Origin: Sinorhizobium meliloti
GTDB taxonomy: Bacteria > Pseudomonadota > Alphaproteobacteria > Rhizobiales > Rhizobiaceae
DNA length: 32,000 nt
NCBI RefSeq assembly: GCF_017876815.1
Contig: NZ_JAGIOS010000001.1
Span: 930,001 to 962,000 of the forward strand
Reading direction: 5' to 3'
Positions 8,558 through 17,036 of this stretch are shown here, in pieces. The position numbers and the translations under genes were made by a program. The notes under the pieces were generated by a model. The model made no database searches, was not told where the DNA came from, and saw only the letters and a list, made by a program, of their open reading frames with translations. Within the stretch, counting starts at the first letter, position 1, and each line of letters opens with the position of its first letter.

Positions 8558-9181
8558 AGCAGCAGGCGTCTCGCTTTCAGAGGTGGCTGCTTTCGGGCCG
8601 CCCTTGGCAACGCCGACCATCGCCGGGCGCAGGACGCGCTCGCCGATCGTGTATCCTGCCTGGACCACCTGGACGACCGTGTTGTTCGGAACCTCGGTGT
8701 TCGGGACCTCGAACATGGCCTGGTGGAAATTCGGATCGAACTTCTGGCCGGTGGGGTCCAGCTGCTTCACGCCGTGACGCTCGAGCGCCGCAAGCATCGA
8801 CCGCTCGGTCATTTCCACGCCCTCGATGAGTGCTTTCAGGCCGGCATCGCCCGCCTCCCTGGCGTCGGCCGGAATCGCATCCAGCGCGCGGCGCAGGTTG
8901 TCGGAGACCGCCAGCATGTCGCGCGCGAAGCCCGCGACGGAATAGGACTTCGCGTCCTTCACATCACGTTCGGTGCGCCGGCGCAGATTGTCCATCTCCG
9001 CAGCAAGGCGAAGATATTTGTCGCGCAGTTCCGCACTCTCGGCCCTGGCAAGCTCAAGCGGATCCGGCGCGGTCGTGGAAGCATCCGCCTCCGGCTTTTC
9101 CGCAGCTTGCGGCTCAGCGGCTGTTTCGAATTCTTCAGGCGCCGCGGCCTCGGGTCCGTTCTTGTTCGTTTCGTCGGTCAT
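8555..9181 (-). CDS. grpE: Nucleotide exchange factor GrpE
   Basis: Lies in ORF 8555..9322. From ATG 9181 (GGAGAA ribosome-binding site) it has an acidic N-terminus, then [22 protein letters not shown] and the C-terminal [19 protein letters not shown], which are canonical GrpE. Confidence 0.93.
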
Positions 9182-9339
9182 GACGTTCTCCGAATTTCTG
9201 TCTTTTGCTGTGTTCGGCATCATCAAACCAGCGGAAGTCGCTTTGCTTGAACGTACTGTTGCCTGGATTTGAAGCCCGATATCGATGTTTGGGCCCGAAA
9301 AATCAAGGGTCGATTGCTTCATCGATCAAAAGGATTCGC

Positions 9340-10419
9340 TCAGCGCGACAGCCGCGACATGAGCTGGGCGGTGTAATCGACCATGGGAACGATGCGGGAA
9401 TAGTTGAGCCGGGTCGGCCCGATGACACCGACCGCGCCGACGATGCGGTCGTCGCTGTCGCGGTAGGGAGCGACGATCAGCGAGGAACCGGAAAGCGAAA
9501 ACAGCTTGTTTTCGGAACCGATGAAGATGCGCACGCCCGGGCCGCTCTCGGCGAGGTTGAGGATCTCGATCAGGCTGTCCTTCTTTTCGAGGTCATCGAA
9601 GAGCATACGCAGCCGCTCGATGTCGTCCGTCCCTTCCAATCCTTCGAGCAGATTGGCGCGGCCCCTGACGATCAGCCGCGCCGGCTGGCCGTCGCCCTCG
9701 CTTCCGGACCAGATCGCTAGCCCACGCTCGACCAGGTCCTGCGAGAGCGCGTCGAGCTCGCCGCGCACCGTCTCCTTGACCTTTTCCAGTTGCGTCCGCA
9801 ATTCGGGAATCGTCTGACCGGCAAGGTGAGCGTTGACGAAGTTCGCCGCTTCGGTGAGCTGGGCGCTGGTGATCCCGGCGGGCAGCTCGATGATGCGGTT
9901 CTCCACCTGATCGTGCTCGCCGACGAGCACCGCCAGCGCCTTGGTCGGCGCCAGCCGGATAAACTCGACATGCTTGAGGACGGGATCGCTCTTGGTGGTG
10001 ATTACGAGACCTGCGCCGCGCGACATGCCGGACAGCATCTGGCTCGCCTCGGTAAGAAGGTTTTCGACCGACCTGTCCCGATTTCCCGGGTGAACCTGCC
10101 TTTCGATCGAGGCGCGTTCCTCCGGCGAGAGATTGCCCACCTGCATGAAGGCGTCCACGAAGAAGCGCAGGCCCAGCTGCGTCGGAAGCCGGCCGGCGCT
10201 GACATGGGGGGAATAGATCAGGCCCAGATCCTCGAGGTCGCTCATCACGTTGCGAACCGAGGCCGGCGACAGCGACACCGGCAACAGCCGCGAGAGATTG
10301 CGCGAGCCCAGCGGCTCCCCGCTTTCCAGATAGCTCTCGACAATGCGGCGGAAGATCTCGCCGGAGCGCTCGTCCAGCGCCGATGCGATCCCCTTCGTTC
10401 CAGGGTTGCGCAGTACCAT
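9340..10419 (-). CDS. hrcA: Heat-inducible transcription repressor HrcA
   Basis: The N-terminal winged helix ([27 protein letters not shown]) and the C-terminal [25 protein letters not shown] are characteristic of HrcA. grpE lies downstream. Confidence 0.95.
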   Translation of the reverse strand: MVLRNPGTKGIASALDERSGEIFRRIVESYLESGEPLGSRNLSRLLPVSLSPASVRNVMSDLEDLGLIYSPHVSAGRLPTQLGLRFFVDAFMQVGNLSPEERASIERQVHPGNRDRSVENLLTEASQMLSGMSRGAGLVITTKSDPVLKHVEFIRLAPTKALAVLVGEHDQVENRIIELPAGITSAQLTEAANFVNAHLAGQTIPELRTQLEKVKETVRGELDALSQDLVERGLAIWSGSEGDGQPARLIVRGRANLLEGLEGTDDIERLRMLFDDLEKKDSLIEILNLAESGPGVRIFIGSENKLFSLSGSSLIVAPYRDSDDRIVGAVGVIGPTRLNYSRIVPMVDYTAQLMSRLSR

Positions 10420-10454
10420 GTCACTCCGTGATCAGTATTCTGTGTCCGGAAAGA

Positions 10455-10482
10455 ATATAGTGATCCGCGCGGGGAATGGCAA
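10455..10482 (-). promoter_or_regulatory. Candidate sigma-70-type promoter for hrcA
   Basis: On the minus strand I read TTGCCA (10482-10477), a 16-nt spacer, then CTATAT (10460-10455). The -10 lies about 35 nt upstream of the hrcA ATG and matches the rhizobial -10 consensus CTATAT exactly. This is a motif match only. Confidence 0.35.
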
Positions 10483-10555
10483 AAGGGAAAAATCACTGCG
10501 AAGCTTCGACATCAAGCGGTTCCCTTTGCCTACGCCATGATCTAGAAGGCTCACG

Positions 10556-10656
10556 AAAGCGCCGCGCGTCTTCAGACGCGCAAAGGCCGCTGGAGCACTT
10601 TGAATTCTGCATGTTCTTGTCCTTGAACCGAACAGGACCCAAGGAAGCATGCAGTC
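10556..10656 (-). repeat. Family B palindromic element, copy 2 (inverted relative to copy 1), in the hrcA/rph divergent promoter region
   Basis: AGCGCCGCGCGTCTTCAGACGCGCAAAGGCCGCTGGAGCACTTTGAATTCTGCATGTTCTTGTCCTTGAACCGAACAGGACCCAAGGAAGCATGCAG aligns along its whole length with the reverse complement of 8370-8471. Both hairpins are retained. Confidence 0.8.
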
Positions 10657-10676
10657 GGGATCGACAGGAGTTGACG

Positions 10677-11396
10677 ATGCGGCCATCCGGTAGAAAAACC
10701 GACCAAATGCGCAAGGTCTCGTTCGAGCGCAGTTTCTCCAAGCATGCGGAAGGATCCTGCCTGGTACGCTTCGGCGACACGCATGTTCTGTGCACCGCGA
10801 GCCTGGAGGAAAAAGTTCCGGCTTGGCTGCGCAACGGCGGCAAAGGCTGGATCACCGCGGAATATGGCATGCTGCCGCGGGCGACCGGCGAGCGCATGAG
10901 GCGCGAGGCGGCGACCGGCAAGCAGAGCGGCCGCACGCAGGAGATCCAGAGGCTGATCGGGCGGTCGCTCAGAGCCGTCGTCGATCTTCCGGCGCTCGGC
11001 GAACGTCAGATCTCGATCGACTGCGACGTGATTCAGGCCGACGGCGGCACGCGCACCGCGTCGATCACCGGCGCCTGGATCGCCCTCCACGACTGTTTGA
11101 AGTGGATGGAGGCGCGCAACATGGTCAAGCTGGAGAAGGTCTTGAAAGATCATGTGGCCGCCATTTCCTGCGGCATCTTCGCCAATCAGCCGGTTATCGA
11201 CCTCGATTATCTGGAAGACTCGGCTGCGGAGACGGATGCCAATTTCGTGATGACGGGCAGCGGCGGCCTGGTCGAGATCCAGGGAACGGCGGAAGGCAAG
11301 CCCTTCAGCGAAGAAGAATTCGCAAGCCTGATGCTGCTCGCCAAGAACGGCATTGCCGAACTCGTCGAAATGCAGAAGCAGGCGATAGCAGGCTAG
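10677..11396 (+). CDS. rph: Ribonuclease PH
   Basis: Lies in ORF 10476..11396. From ATG 10677 it reads [42 protein letters not shown]...[22 protein letters not shown]...[19 protein letters not shown], which is canonical RNase PH. Confidence 0.95.
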
Positions 11397-11510
11397 ATCA
11401 CGATGTTTTTAGGTCGGGTCGACCTAAAACATGAACGTGATCGGAACCAAGAAGTTGAGAAGCGGGATGCGGGCGGAAAAGCGCGCGCACTTTTCCTCAT
11501 CCCGCTCTAG
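11396..11510 (+). repeat. Intergenic mosaic repeat, family A copy 2 (uninterrupted archetype)
   Basis: Palindrome 1 is GATCACGATGTTTTTAGGTCG-gg-TCGACCTAAAACATGAACGTGATC (11396-11442). Palindrome 2 is AGCGGGATGCGGGCGGAAAAGCGC/GCGCACTTTTCCTCATCCCGCT (about 11458-11508). The copy is about 90 percent identical to copies 1 and 3. Both ends carry CTAG, and the left one supplies the rph TAG stop. Confidence 0.85.
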
Positions 11511-11614
11511 ACCGCTCTCTGCTTCACTGAAGCAGTGAGATGATCTAACGCTTCGACAATACGCACTTCCGGACGGAACACCGTCACGGCTTTTCCGGAA
11601 GTGCTCTGGATCAC

Positions 11615-12046
11615 TTGAGAGGAACAGGTCCGGTGCCGACATTCGAAGGCATTCTGGAGACCGCGCTTTACGCGGACGATCTCGACGAGGCCGAGGCCTT
11701 CTACGGAACGGTCCTCGGCCTTGAAAGGATCACCCGCGCCGGCAGCCGCCATGTCTTCTTCCGTTGCGGCGATGGCGTGCTCCTGATCTTCAACCCCGCG
11801 GAGACGGTGAAGCCGCCTGCACCGGGCGCACTTCCCGTGCCTCCGCACGGGACGAAGGGCAACGGGCACATGTGCTTCCGGGTCGCCGCCGAGGCGCTCG
11901 ACGGCTGGAAGGCGAAACTGGAGGCGGCCGGGGTCGAGATCGAGGCGGATATCCGCTGGCCGAACGGCGCCCGCTCCTTCTATTTCCGCGATCCGGCCGG
12001 CAACAGCCTGGAATGCGCGGAAGCGGGCCTCTGGGCCAAGGATTGA
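11615..12046 (+). CDS. VOC-family protein (glyoxalase/bleomycin-resistance/dioxygenase fold)
   Basis: ILETALYADDLDEAEAFYGTVLGLE...GHMCFRV...WKAKLEAAGVEIE...ARSFYFRDPAGNSLE is a typical single-module VOC pattern. The start is uncertain: TTG at 11615 or GTG at 11633. Confidence 0.75.
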   Translation: MRGTGPVPTFEGILETALYADDLDEAEAFYGTVLGLERITRAGSRHVFFRCGDGVLLIFNPAETVKPPAPGALPVPPHGTKGNGHMCFRVAAEALDGWKAKLEAAGVEIEADIRWPNGARSFYFRDPAGNSLECAEAGLWAKD

Positions 12047-12076
12047 TTTCGGCAGTATCTGAACGGAACGGAATAG

Positions 12077-12721
12077 ATGCGCAGACTGATCGACAAGACG
12101 CTCGTCGTCGCGAGCCATAATGCCGGCAAGATCCGTGAGATCCGCGATCTCATCGGGCCGCTCGGCTTCGAAGCGAAATCGGCAGCCGATCTCAATTTCG
12201 TCGAGCCGGATGAGACCGGCACGACCTTCGAGGAGAACGCGACCATCAAGGCGCTCGCCTCGGCCAAGGCCTCGGGACTGCCGGCGCTTTCGGACGATTC
12301 CGGCCTTGCCGTCGACGCGCTCGGCGGCGCCCCCGGGGTCTACACGGCCAACTGGGCCGAACGTGAGGACGGCAGCCGCGACTTCCAGATGGCCATGGAG
12401 AAGGTCGAAGAGGCGCTCCGCGCCAAGGGTGCGGTGAAGCCCGAAAGCCGTACCGCACGCTTCGTGTCCGTTCTCTGCCTTGCCTGGCCGGACGGGCATG
12501 TCGAGCTCTTTCGCGGCGAGGTCGAGGGTTATGTCGTCTGGCCGCCGCGCGGCACCAGCGGCTTCGGCTACGATCCGGTCTTCCAACCGAAGGGCTACGA
12601 CACCACATTCGGCGAAATGAGTGCGGAGGAGAAGCATGGCTGGAAGCCGGGCGATTCCGAGGCCCTGTCGCACCGCGCCCGCGCATTCAAGCTGTTCGCC
12701 GAAACCTGTCTCGGCGCCTGA
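12077..12721 (+). CDS. rdgB: Non-canonical purine NTP pyrophosphatase RdgB (HAM1 family)
   Basis: [18 protein letters not shown]...[14 protein letters not shown]...[21 protein letters not shown]...[10 protein letters not shown]...[18 protein letters not shown] are the canonical RdgB motifs. It lies in the conserved rph-rdgB-hemW order. Confidence 0.93.
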   Translation: MRRLIDKTLVVASHNAGKIREIRDLIGPLGFEAKSAADLNFVEPDETGTTFEENATIKALASAKASGLPALSDDSGLAVDALGGAPGVYTANWAEREDGSRDFQMAMEKVEEALRAKGAVKPESRTARFVSVLCLAWPDGHVELFRGEVEGYVVWPPRGTSGFGYDPVFQPKGYDTTFGEMSAEEKHGWKPGDSEALSHRARAFKLFAETCLGA

Positions 12722-12732
12722 GTAGGAAGACA

Positions 12733-13914
12733 ATGCAGATAGCCCCGCTTTCAGCGATCGGTGACGGCATGGACCCCGGTTTCGGGGTCTATGTGCACTG
12801 GCCCTTCTGCGCGGCGAAATGCCCCTATTGCGACTTCAATAGCCATGTGCGCCATCAGCCGGTGGATCAGCCTCGCTTCGTCGCCGCATTCCTGAAGGAA
12901 ATGGCCGCGGTGCGCGCGCTTTCCGGTCCGAGAACCGTCACCAGCATTTTCATGGGCGGGGGTACCCCGTCTCTGATGGACCCTCGGACGGTGGAGGCGA
13001 TCCTCGACGGCATTGCCCGGCAGTGGCACGTGCCTGATGGCATCGAGATCACCATGGAGGCGAACCCGTCCAGCGTCGAGGCGACGCGCTTCCGCGGCTA
13101 TCGGGCGGCCGGCGTCAACCGCGTCTCGCTCGGCGTACAGGCTCTCAACGACCGTGACCTCAAATTTCTCGGACGGCTGCACGATGTCGAGAATGCGCTG
13201 AAGGCGATACGGCTCGCGCGCGAGATCTTTCCGCGCATGTCCTTCGACCTTATCTATGCGCGGCCGAACCAGACGGTCGAGGAATGGGAGCGGGAGCTGA
13301 AGGAGGCGGTTTCCTACGCCGTCGATCATCTGTCGCTCTACCAGCTTACCATCGAGGAAGGGACGCCCTTCTACGGCCTGCACAAGGCAGGGAAACTCGT
13401 CGTTCCGGATGGCGAGCAGTCGGCGGTTCTCTACGAGGCCACGCAGGAGATCACCGCTGATATCGGCATGCCGGCCTATGAGGTCTCCAATCATGCCCGG
13501 CCGGGGGCCGAGAGCCGGCACAACCTCACCTATTGGCGCTACGGCGACTATGCGGGCATCGGCCCCGGCGCCCACGGGCGGCTGGCGATCGGATCAGGCA
13601 AGATCGCGACCGCAACCGAGCGCAACCCGGAGGCATGGCTGCAACGCGTCGAAGAGTGCGGCGAAGGCCTGGTCGAGCGGGAACTGCTCGATTTCGAGGC
13701 GCAGGCCGATGAGCTTTTGCTGATGGGGTTGAGGCTGCGCGAAGGCGTCGATCTCGCCCGCTGGCAGACCCTCTCGGGCCGCGATCCGGATCCGGCCCGG
13801 GAAGAATTCCTGATCGAGCATGGTTTCATCGAGCGGATCGGCAATTCTCGGCTGCGCTGCACGCCCGCCGGAATGCTGATCCTCGACGCCGTGGTGGCCG
13901 ACCTCGCCTGCTGA
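12733..13914 (+). CDS. hemW: Radical SAM heme chaperone HemW (HemN-like, oxygen-independent coproporphyrinogen oxidase family)
   Basis: It has the radical-SAM CxxxCxxC motif in VYVHWPFCAAKCPYCDFNS, then GGGTPSL and the HemN C-terminal domain. Its size (393 aa) fits HemW/YggW rather than HemN. ATG 12769 is an alternative start. Confidence 0.9.
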   Translation: MQIAPLSAIGDGMDPGFGVYVHWPFCAAKCPYCDFNSHVRHQPVDQPRFVAAFLKEMAAVRALSGPRTVTSIFMGGGTPSLMDPRTVEAILDGIARQWHVPDGIEITMEANPSSVEATRFRGYRAAGVNRVSLGVQALNDRDLKFLGRLHDVENALKAIRLAREIFPRMSFDLIYARPNQTVEEWERELKEAVSYAVDHLSLYQLTIEEGTPFYGLHKAGKLVVPDGEQSAVLYEATQEITADIGMPAYEVSNHARPGAESRHNLTYWRYGDYAGIGPGAHGRLAIGSGKIATATERNPEAWLQRVEECGEGLVERELLDFEAQADELLLMGLRLREGVDLARWQTLSGRDPDPAREEFLIEHGFIERIGNSRLRCTPAGMLILDAVVADLAC

Positions 13915-13930
13915 TCGCGGGCCGAGCGGC

Positions 13931-14797
13931 TCAGCCGCCTTCCTTCACCGGTGCGACGATCCCCCAGGTAACTCCAAAGGGATCCCGGAGCTGGCCGTAA
14001 TGGTCGCCCCAGAATGCGATCTCCAGCGGCATCGTCACCTCTGCGCCGGCCTCCACCGCCCGATTCCACCAGAAATCAGCGTCGTCGACGACGAGGTGCA
14101 GCACGAAGCCCTCCGGCGGCTTCCAGGGATGGCCGAATTCCGGGAAAGGATCGTTCAGCATCAATGCGCCGCCATTGATCGTCAGGTGGCAGTGGATGAG
14201 GCGCTTTCCATCCTGGGCATGTTTGCGGTCCTCCTCCTTGGCGCCGAAAGCGCGGACATAGAAGGCCGCCGCCGCATCTGCATCCTCCACGTTGAGATAG
14301 GCGATGACGCCGGGCATGGGCGGGCGCGACGGCGCTTGCCAGTCGACCTCGGACCGGGGATCGAGATCGATCGCCGCCTTGAAGCTTCCGTCCATGTAGA
14401 AGGGGACGGATTCGTGCTGATGGGCGATCTTCCATCCCCTGTCGGTGCGTGTCAGGCCCAAGGTCAGGCGATACCAGAGCGCCGCCTTCTGGCCATCGTG
14501 CTTCTCGCCGGAAAGATGCGTCAGCGCAGTGGCGAAGGCGACGTCGCCGCTCACCGAAACGTCGAGCTCCTCGAGGGTGAAGCCGAGCGGCCCTTTCCAC
14601 GTGGAAAACCACTGCTCAAGGCCGCCGGCATCTGCGTCGGAAGCCTTGAGGGGGGGCGCCAGCGAAAAGACGAGGCAATCTTCCGTGCCGTGGGCGAGGA
14701 CGCGGGCGGCATCCTTCCGGCGCAGCGCCTCCGCCCAGTCCCCGATTACCTCCTCGATCTCCGCAACGGCCGCATTCCTGCTCTCGGTAATGGTCAT
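13931..14797 (-). CDS. Two-domain protein: N-terminal NTF2-like (SnoaL/DUF4440-type) fused to a C-terminal VOC (glyoxalase/PhnB-like) domain
   Basis: Residues 1-135 (IGDWAEALRRKDAARVL...ALWYRLTLGLTRTDRGWKIAHQHESVPFYMD) follow the SnoaL-like/ketosteroid-isomerase-like pattern. Residues about 160-288 (VIAYLNVEDADAAAAFYVRAFGAKE...HCHLTINGGALMLND...WGDHYGQLRDPFGVTWGI) follow the PhnB-type VOC pattern. The start is ATG 14797 with a GGAGGA ribosome-binding site, 15 nt after the upstream gene. Confidence 0.75.
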   Translation of the reverse strand: MTITESRNAAVAEIEEVIGDWAEALRRKDAARVLAHGTEDCLVFSLAPPLKASDADAGGLEQWFSTWKGPLGFTLEELDVSVSGDVAFATALTHLSGEKHDGQKAALWYRLTLGLTRTDRGWKIAHQHESVPFYMDGSFKAAIDLDPRSEVDWQAPSRPPMPGVIAYLNVEDADAAAAFYVRAFGAKEEDRKHAQDGKRLIHCHLTINGGALMLNDPFPEFGHPWKPPEGFVLHLVVDDADFWWNRAVEAGAEVTMPLEIAFWGDHYGQLRDPFGVTWGIVAPVKEGG

Positions 14798-14812
14798 GAC
14801 CCGGTCCTCCTC

Positions 14813-15295
14813 TCAGAGTTTCGCAACGAGCGTCGCAAGCTGATCGGCGCATTGGCCCCAGCCCTCGTGGAAGCCCATCTTCTCATGGGCATCGCGGTCC
14901 TCGACGCTCCAATGGAGCGCGCGGGCCGTATAGCGGGTCTTGCCGCCCTCGTTCTCGAAGGTCATGACCGCCGTCATGAACGGCTTCTCGGACGGCTTCC
15001 AGGCTTCCGTAAAGGCATCGGTGACGACGATCTTCTCGTTCGGCACGACTTCCAGATAGACGCCCTGATTAGGATAGAGTTCACCCTCGGGCGAACGCAT
15101 GACAAAGCGGTTGGTGCCGCCCGCCCTGACGTCGAGCTCCGCTTCCGTGATCGTCCACGGCAGAGGAGCGAACCACTGCTTCAGAAGCTCGGCTTCCGTG
15201 AAGGCCCGGTAGACCTTCTCGCGCGGGGCATCGATCAGCCGTGTCAGAACCAGTTCGCGTTCGCCGCCGGAATTGGTGTCGGTCGCTGCAGTCAT
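14813..15295 (-). CDS. SRPBCC-family protein (Aha1/AHSA1-like, activator of Hsp90 ATPase homolog domain)
   Basis: These are the last 160 codons of ORF 14813..16006. ELVLTRLIDAPREKVYRAFTEAELLKQWFAP...VMTFENEGGKTRYTARALHWSVEDRDAHEKMGFHEGWGQCADQLATL matches the AHSA1/SRPBCC pattern. The start is ATG 15295, with GGAGGA eight nucleotides upstream. Confidence 0.8.
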   Translation of the reverse strand: MTAATDTNSGGERELVLTRLIDAPREKVYRAFTEAELLKQWFAPLPWTITEAELDVRAGGTNRFVMRSPEGELYPNQGVYLEVVPNEKIVVTDAFTEAWKPSEKPFMTAVMTFENEGGKTRYTARALHWSVEDRDAHEKMGFHEGWGQCADQLATLVAKL

Positions 15296-15327
15296 TTTCG
15301 AAATCCTCCATGTTGGTTCATTCCAAG

Positions 15328-15354
15328 GACGAAGGAGGATGCCGCCTGCCGACA
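15328..15354 (-). promoter_or_regulatory. Candidate ECF-sigma-dependent promoter P2, upstream of the SRPBCC and NTF2::VOC genes
   Basis: The minus strand reads CCC-TGTCGGC-aggcggcatcctcc-TTCGTC-CT: TGTCGG (15354-15349), a 17-nt spacer, then CGTC (15331-15328). It lies 32 nt upstream of ATG 15295. The architecture is identical to the site at 17037-17063. Confidence 0.55.
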
Positions 15355-15369
15355 GGGGCCAGAAAAAAT

Positions 15370-16641
15370 TTATCGCTTTTCTTCTTCCGCGACCGTCGCC
15401 GGCTCGGCCGCGAGGTGATCGAGCTGCATGCGGATATAGGCCGCTTCGGACGCGTTGGTGGCCAGTGCGATCGCCCGGTCGAAGGCGGTGCGCGCCTCGC
15501 ATGCCCGGCCGAGCTGCTTCAAAAGGCCGCCGCGCAGGCCGTGATAATAGAAATAGCCGGAAAGCCTCTCCCCAAGGGGCTCCACCATCGCCAGTGCGGC
15601 CTCCGGTCCCTCGCGTTTCGAGACCGCGACCGCGCGATTGAGCGTGACGACCGGCGAGGGCTGCAGGCGCTCGAGCGCCTGGTAGAGGAGGTCGATCTCC
15701 TCCCAATCCGTCTGCTCCGGACGTTCGGCGCGGGCATGCAGGGCCGCGATTGCTGCCTGTATCTGGTAGGGACCGGGGCGGCGATGGCGCATTGCTTTGT
15801 CGATCATCGCCAGCGCCTCGGTGATCATCGGCCGGCTCCAGAGCCGCCGATCCTGATCTTCGAGCAGGACGACGGCACCATTGGCATCGAAGCGCGCGCG
15901 GGCGCGCGAATGCTGGAGCAGCAGAAGCGCCGTCAGCCCCATCATTTCCGGCTCGGCGGGAAACAGCCGCAGCAGCAGCCGCGACAGGCGGATCGCCTCG
16001 TCGCAAAGATCGGCGGAGACGCCCTCGGGGCCGTTCATCGCCGAATAGCCCTCGTTGAAGACAAGGTAGATCATCGTCGCGACCGCTGCGAGCCGCTCGG
16101 CGCGATCGACGGCATCGGGTGTCTCGAACGGGATGCCGGCGGCTGCGACGCGGGCCTTGGCGCGGGTGATGCGCTGCTCCATCGCCGCTTCGCTGACGAG
16201 AAAGGCACGGGCGATCTGCCTGACGGAGAGCCCCGATACGATGCGCAGTGCAAGCGCGATCTGCTGGGTTGCCGGAAGCGCCGGGTTGCTGCAGACGAAG
16301 AGCAGCCGCAGGATGTCGTCGCGGTAATGCGCCCCGTCGAGGCGATCGGCGAGTTCACTCTCCCGGTCGTCGAGATCGGAGAGCAGTTCCTCCGGCGGCA
16401 GTGCCGTCTCGCGCGACTGCCGCCGCACCTTGTCGATGCCGCTGTTGCGGCCGACGAAGATGAGCCAGGCGGCGGGATCGCGCGGCGGACCGGTGCGGGG
16501 CCAGTTTTTCAGCGCACGGATACAGGCCTCCTGGAACGCCTCCTCCGCCAGATCGAGATTGCGAAAGTAACGCAGCAGCGCACCCATTGCCTGCGGCCGC
16601 GCGGAAACAAGAGCAAGATCGATCCAGCCTGTGTCGGTCAT
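15370..16641 (-). CDS. ECF-family RNA polymerase sigma factor with a long C-terminal extension (COG4941/DUF6596 type, ECF42-like)
   Basis: Region 2 is LDLAEEAFQEACIRALKNWPRTGPPRDPAAWLIFVGRNSGIDKVRR. Region 4 is PATQQIALALRIVSGLSVRQIARAFLVSEAAMEQRITRAKARV. About 250 further residues follow, including the FNEGY motif (MIYLVFNEGYSA) and helical-repeat-like sequence. Its ATG overlaps the stop of the upstream YCII gene (ATGA at 16638-16641). Confidence 0.88.
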   Translation of the reverse strand: MTDTGWIDLALVSARPQAMGALLRYFRNLDLAEEAFQEACIRALKNWPRTGPPRDPAAWLIFVGRNSGIDKVRRQSRETALPPEELLSDLDDRESELADRLDGAHYRDDILRLLFVCSNPALPATQQIALALRIVSGLSVRQIARAFLVSEAAMEQRITRAKARVAAAGIPFETPDAVDRAERLAAVATMIYLVFNEGYSAMNGPEGVSADLCDEAIRLSRLLLRLFPAEPEMMGLTALLLLQHSRARARFDANGAVVLLEDQDRRLWSRPMITEALAMIDKAMRHRRPGPYQIQAAIAALHARAERPEQTDWEEIDLLYQALERLQPSPVVTLNRAVAVSKREGPEAALAMVEPLGERLSGYFYYHGLRGGLLKQLGRACEARTAFDRAIALATNASEAAYIRMQLDHLAAEPATVAEEEKR

Positions 16642-17012
16642 GAGGGCAGCTCACCGGGTTTATAAAGCGCGAGCGGCCGGACCTCGTAGGAGCCCGTGCT
16701 CGGATTGGCGTTACTCAGATCGCGCGCGAAGTCGAGCGCCTCATCCAGCGAGGCGCAATCGATCAGATAGAAGCCGAGCAACTGTTCCTTGGTCTCGGCG
16801 AAGGGGCCGTCCATGACGATCGTCTCGCCGGCGCTGTGGCGCAGCGTCGCCGCCGCCGTCGTCGGCACCAGGCGCGCGACGGGCCCCAGCTTGCCCGCTT
16901 CGACATATTTGCGTTGGACGGCGCTCAGATCACGCATGACCCTCTCGTCCTCCTCCTTGCTCCAGGCACTGGTGACGCTTTCATCGTTGTAGCAAAGCAC
17001 GGCGTAAAGCAT
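16638..17012 (-). CDS. YciI/YCII-family protein with the DGPF signature
   Basis: The 124-aa protein reads MLYAVLCYNDES...TIVMDGPFAETKEQLLGFYLIDCASLDEALDFA, which is the DGPF-type YCII-related domain. The start is ATG 17012, with GGAG seven nucleotides upstream. Confidence 0.88.
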   Translation of the reverse strand: MLYAVLCYNDESVTSAWSKEEDERVMRDLSAVQRKYVEAGKLGPVARLVPTTAAATLRHSAGETIVMDGPFAETKEQLLGFYLIDCASLDEALDFARDLSNANPSTGSYEVRPLALYKPGELPS

Positions 17013-17036
17013 TGAAAATCTCCGCTCTGGTCTGAA

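Noticed and set aside
8479-8829. ORFs beginning [27 protein letters not shown] (8479..8829) and MRAENRTHFSSSRSK (25567..25941), as a possible small conserved protein family
   Set aside because: The shared peptide is encoded by the family-A intergenic repeat. The ORFs then continue antisense into grpE and the ankyrin gene, respectively. The similarity reflects DNA repeat identity, not a protein family.
10590-10612. A CIRCE operator (TTAGCACTC-N9-GAGTGCTAA) near hrcA
   Set aside because: Only GAGCACTTTGA is present, with no inverted partner. The sequence belongs to the family-B repeat. CIRCE elements are expected at groES/groEL, not here.
14813-16006. A 397-aa ORF spanning the SRPBCC gene and running into the sigma factor gene
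   Set aside because: Only the last 160 codons, from ATG 15295 with a GGAGGA ribosome-binding site, look like a real protein. The upstream 237 codons are Arg/Gly/Pro-rich. They overlap the sigma factor gene in another frame and cross the intergenic promoter motif.
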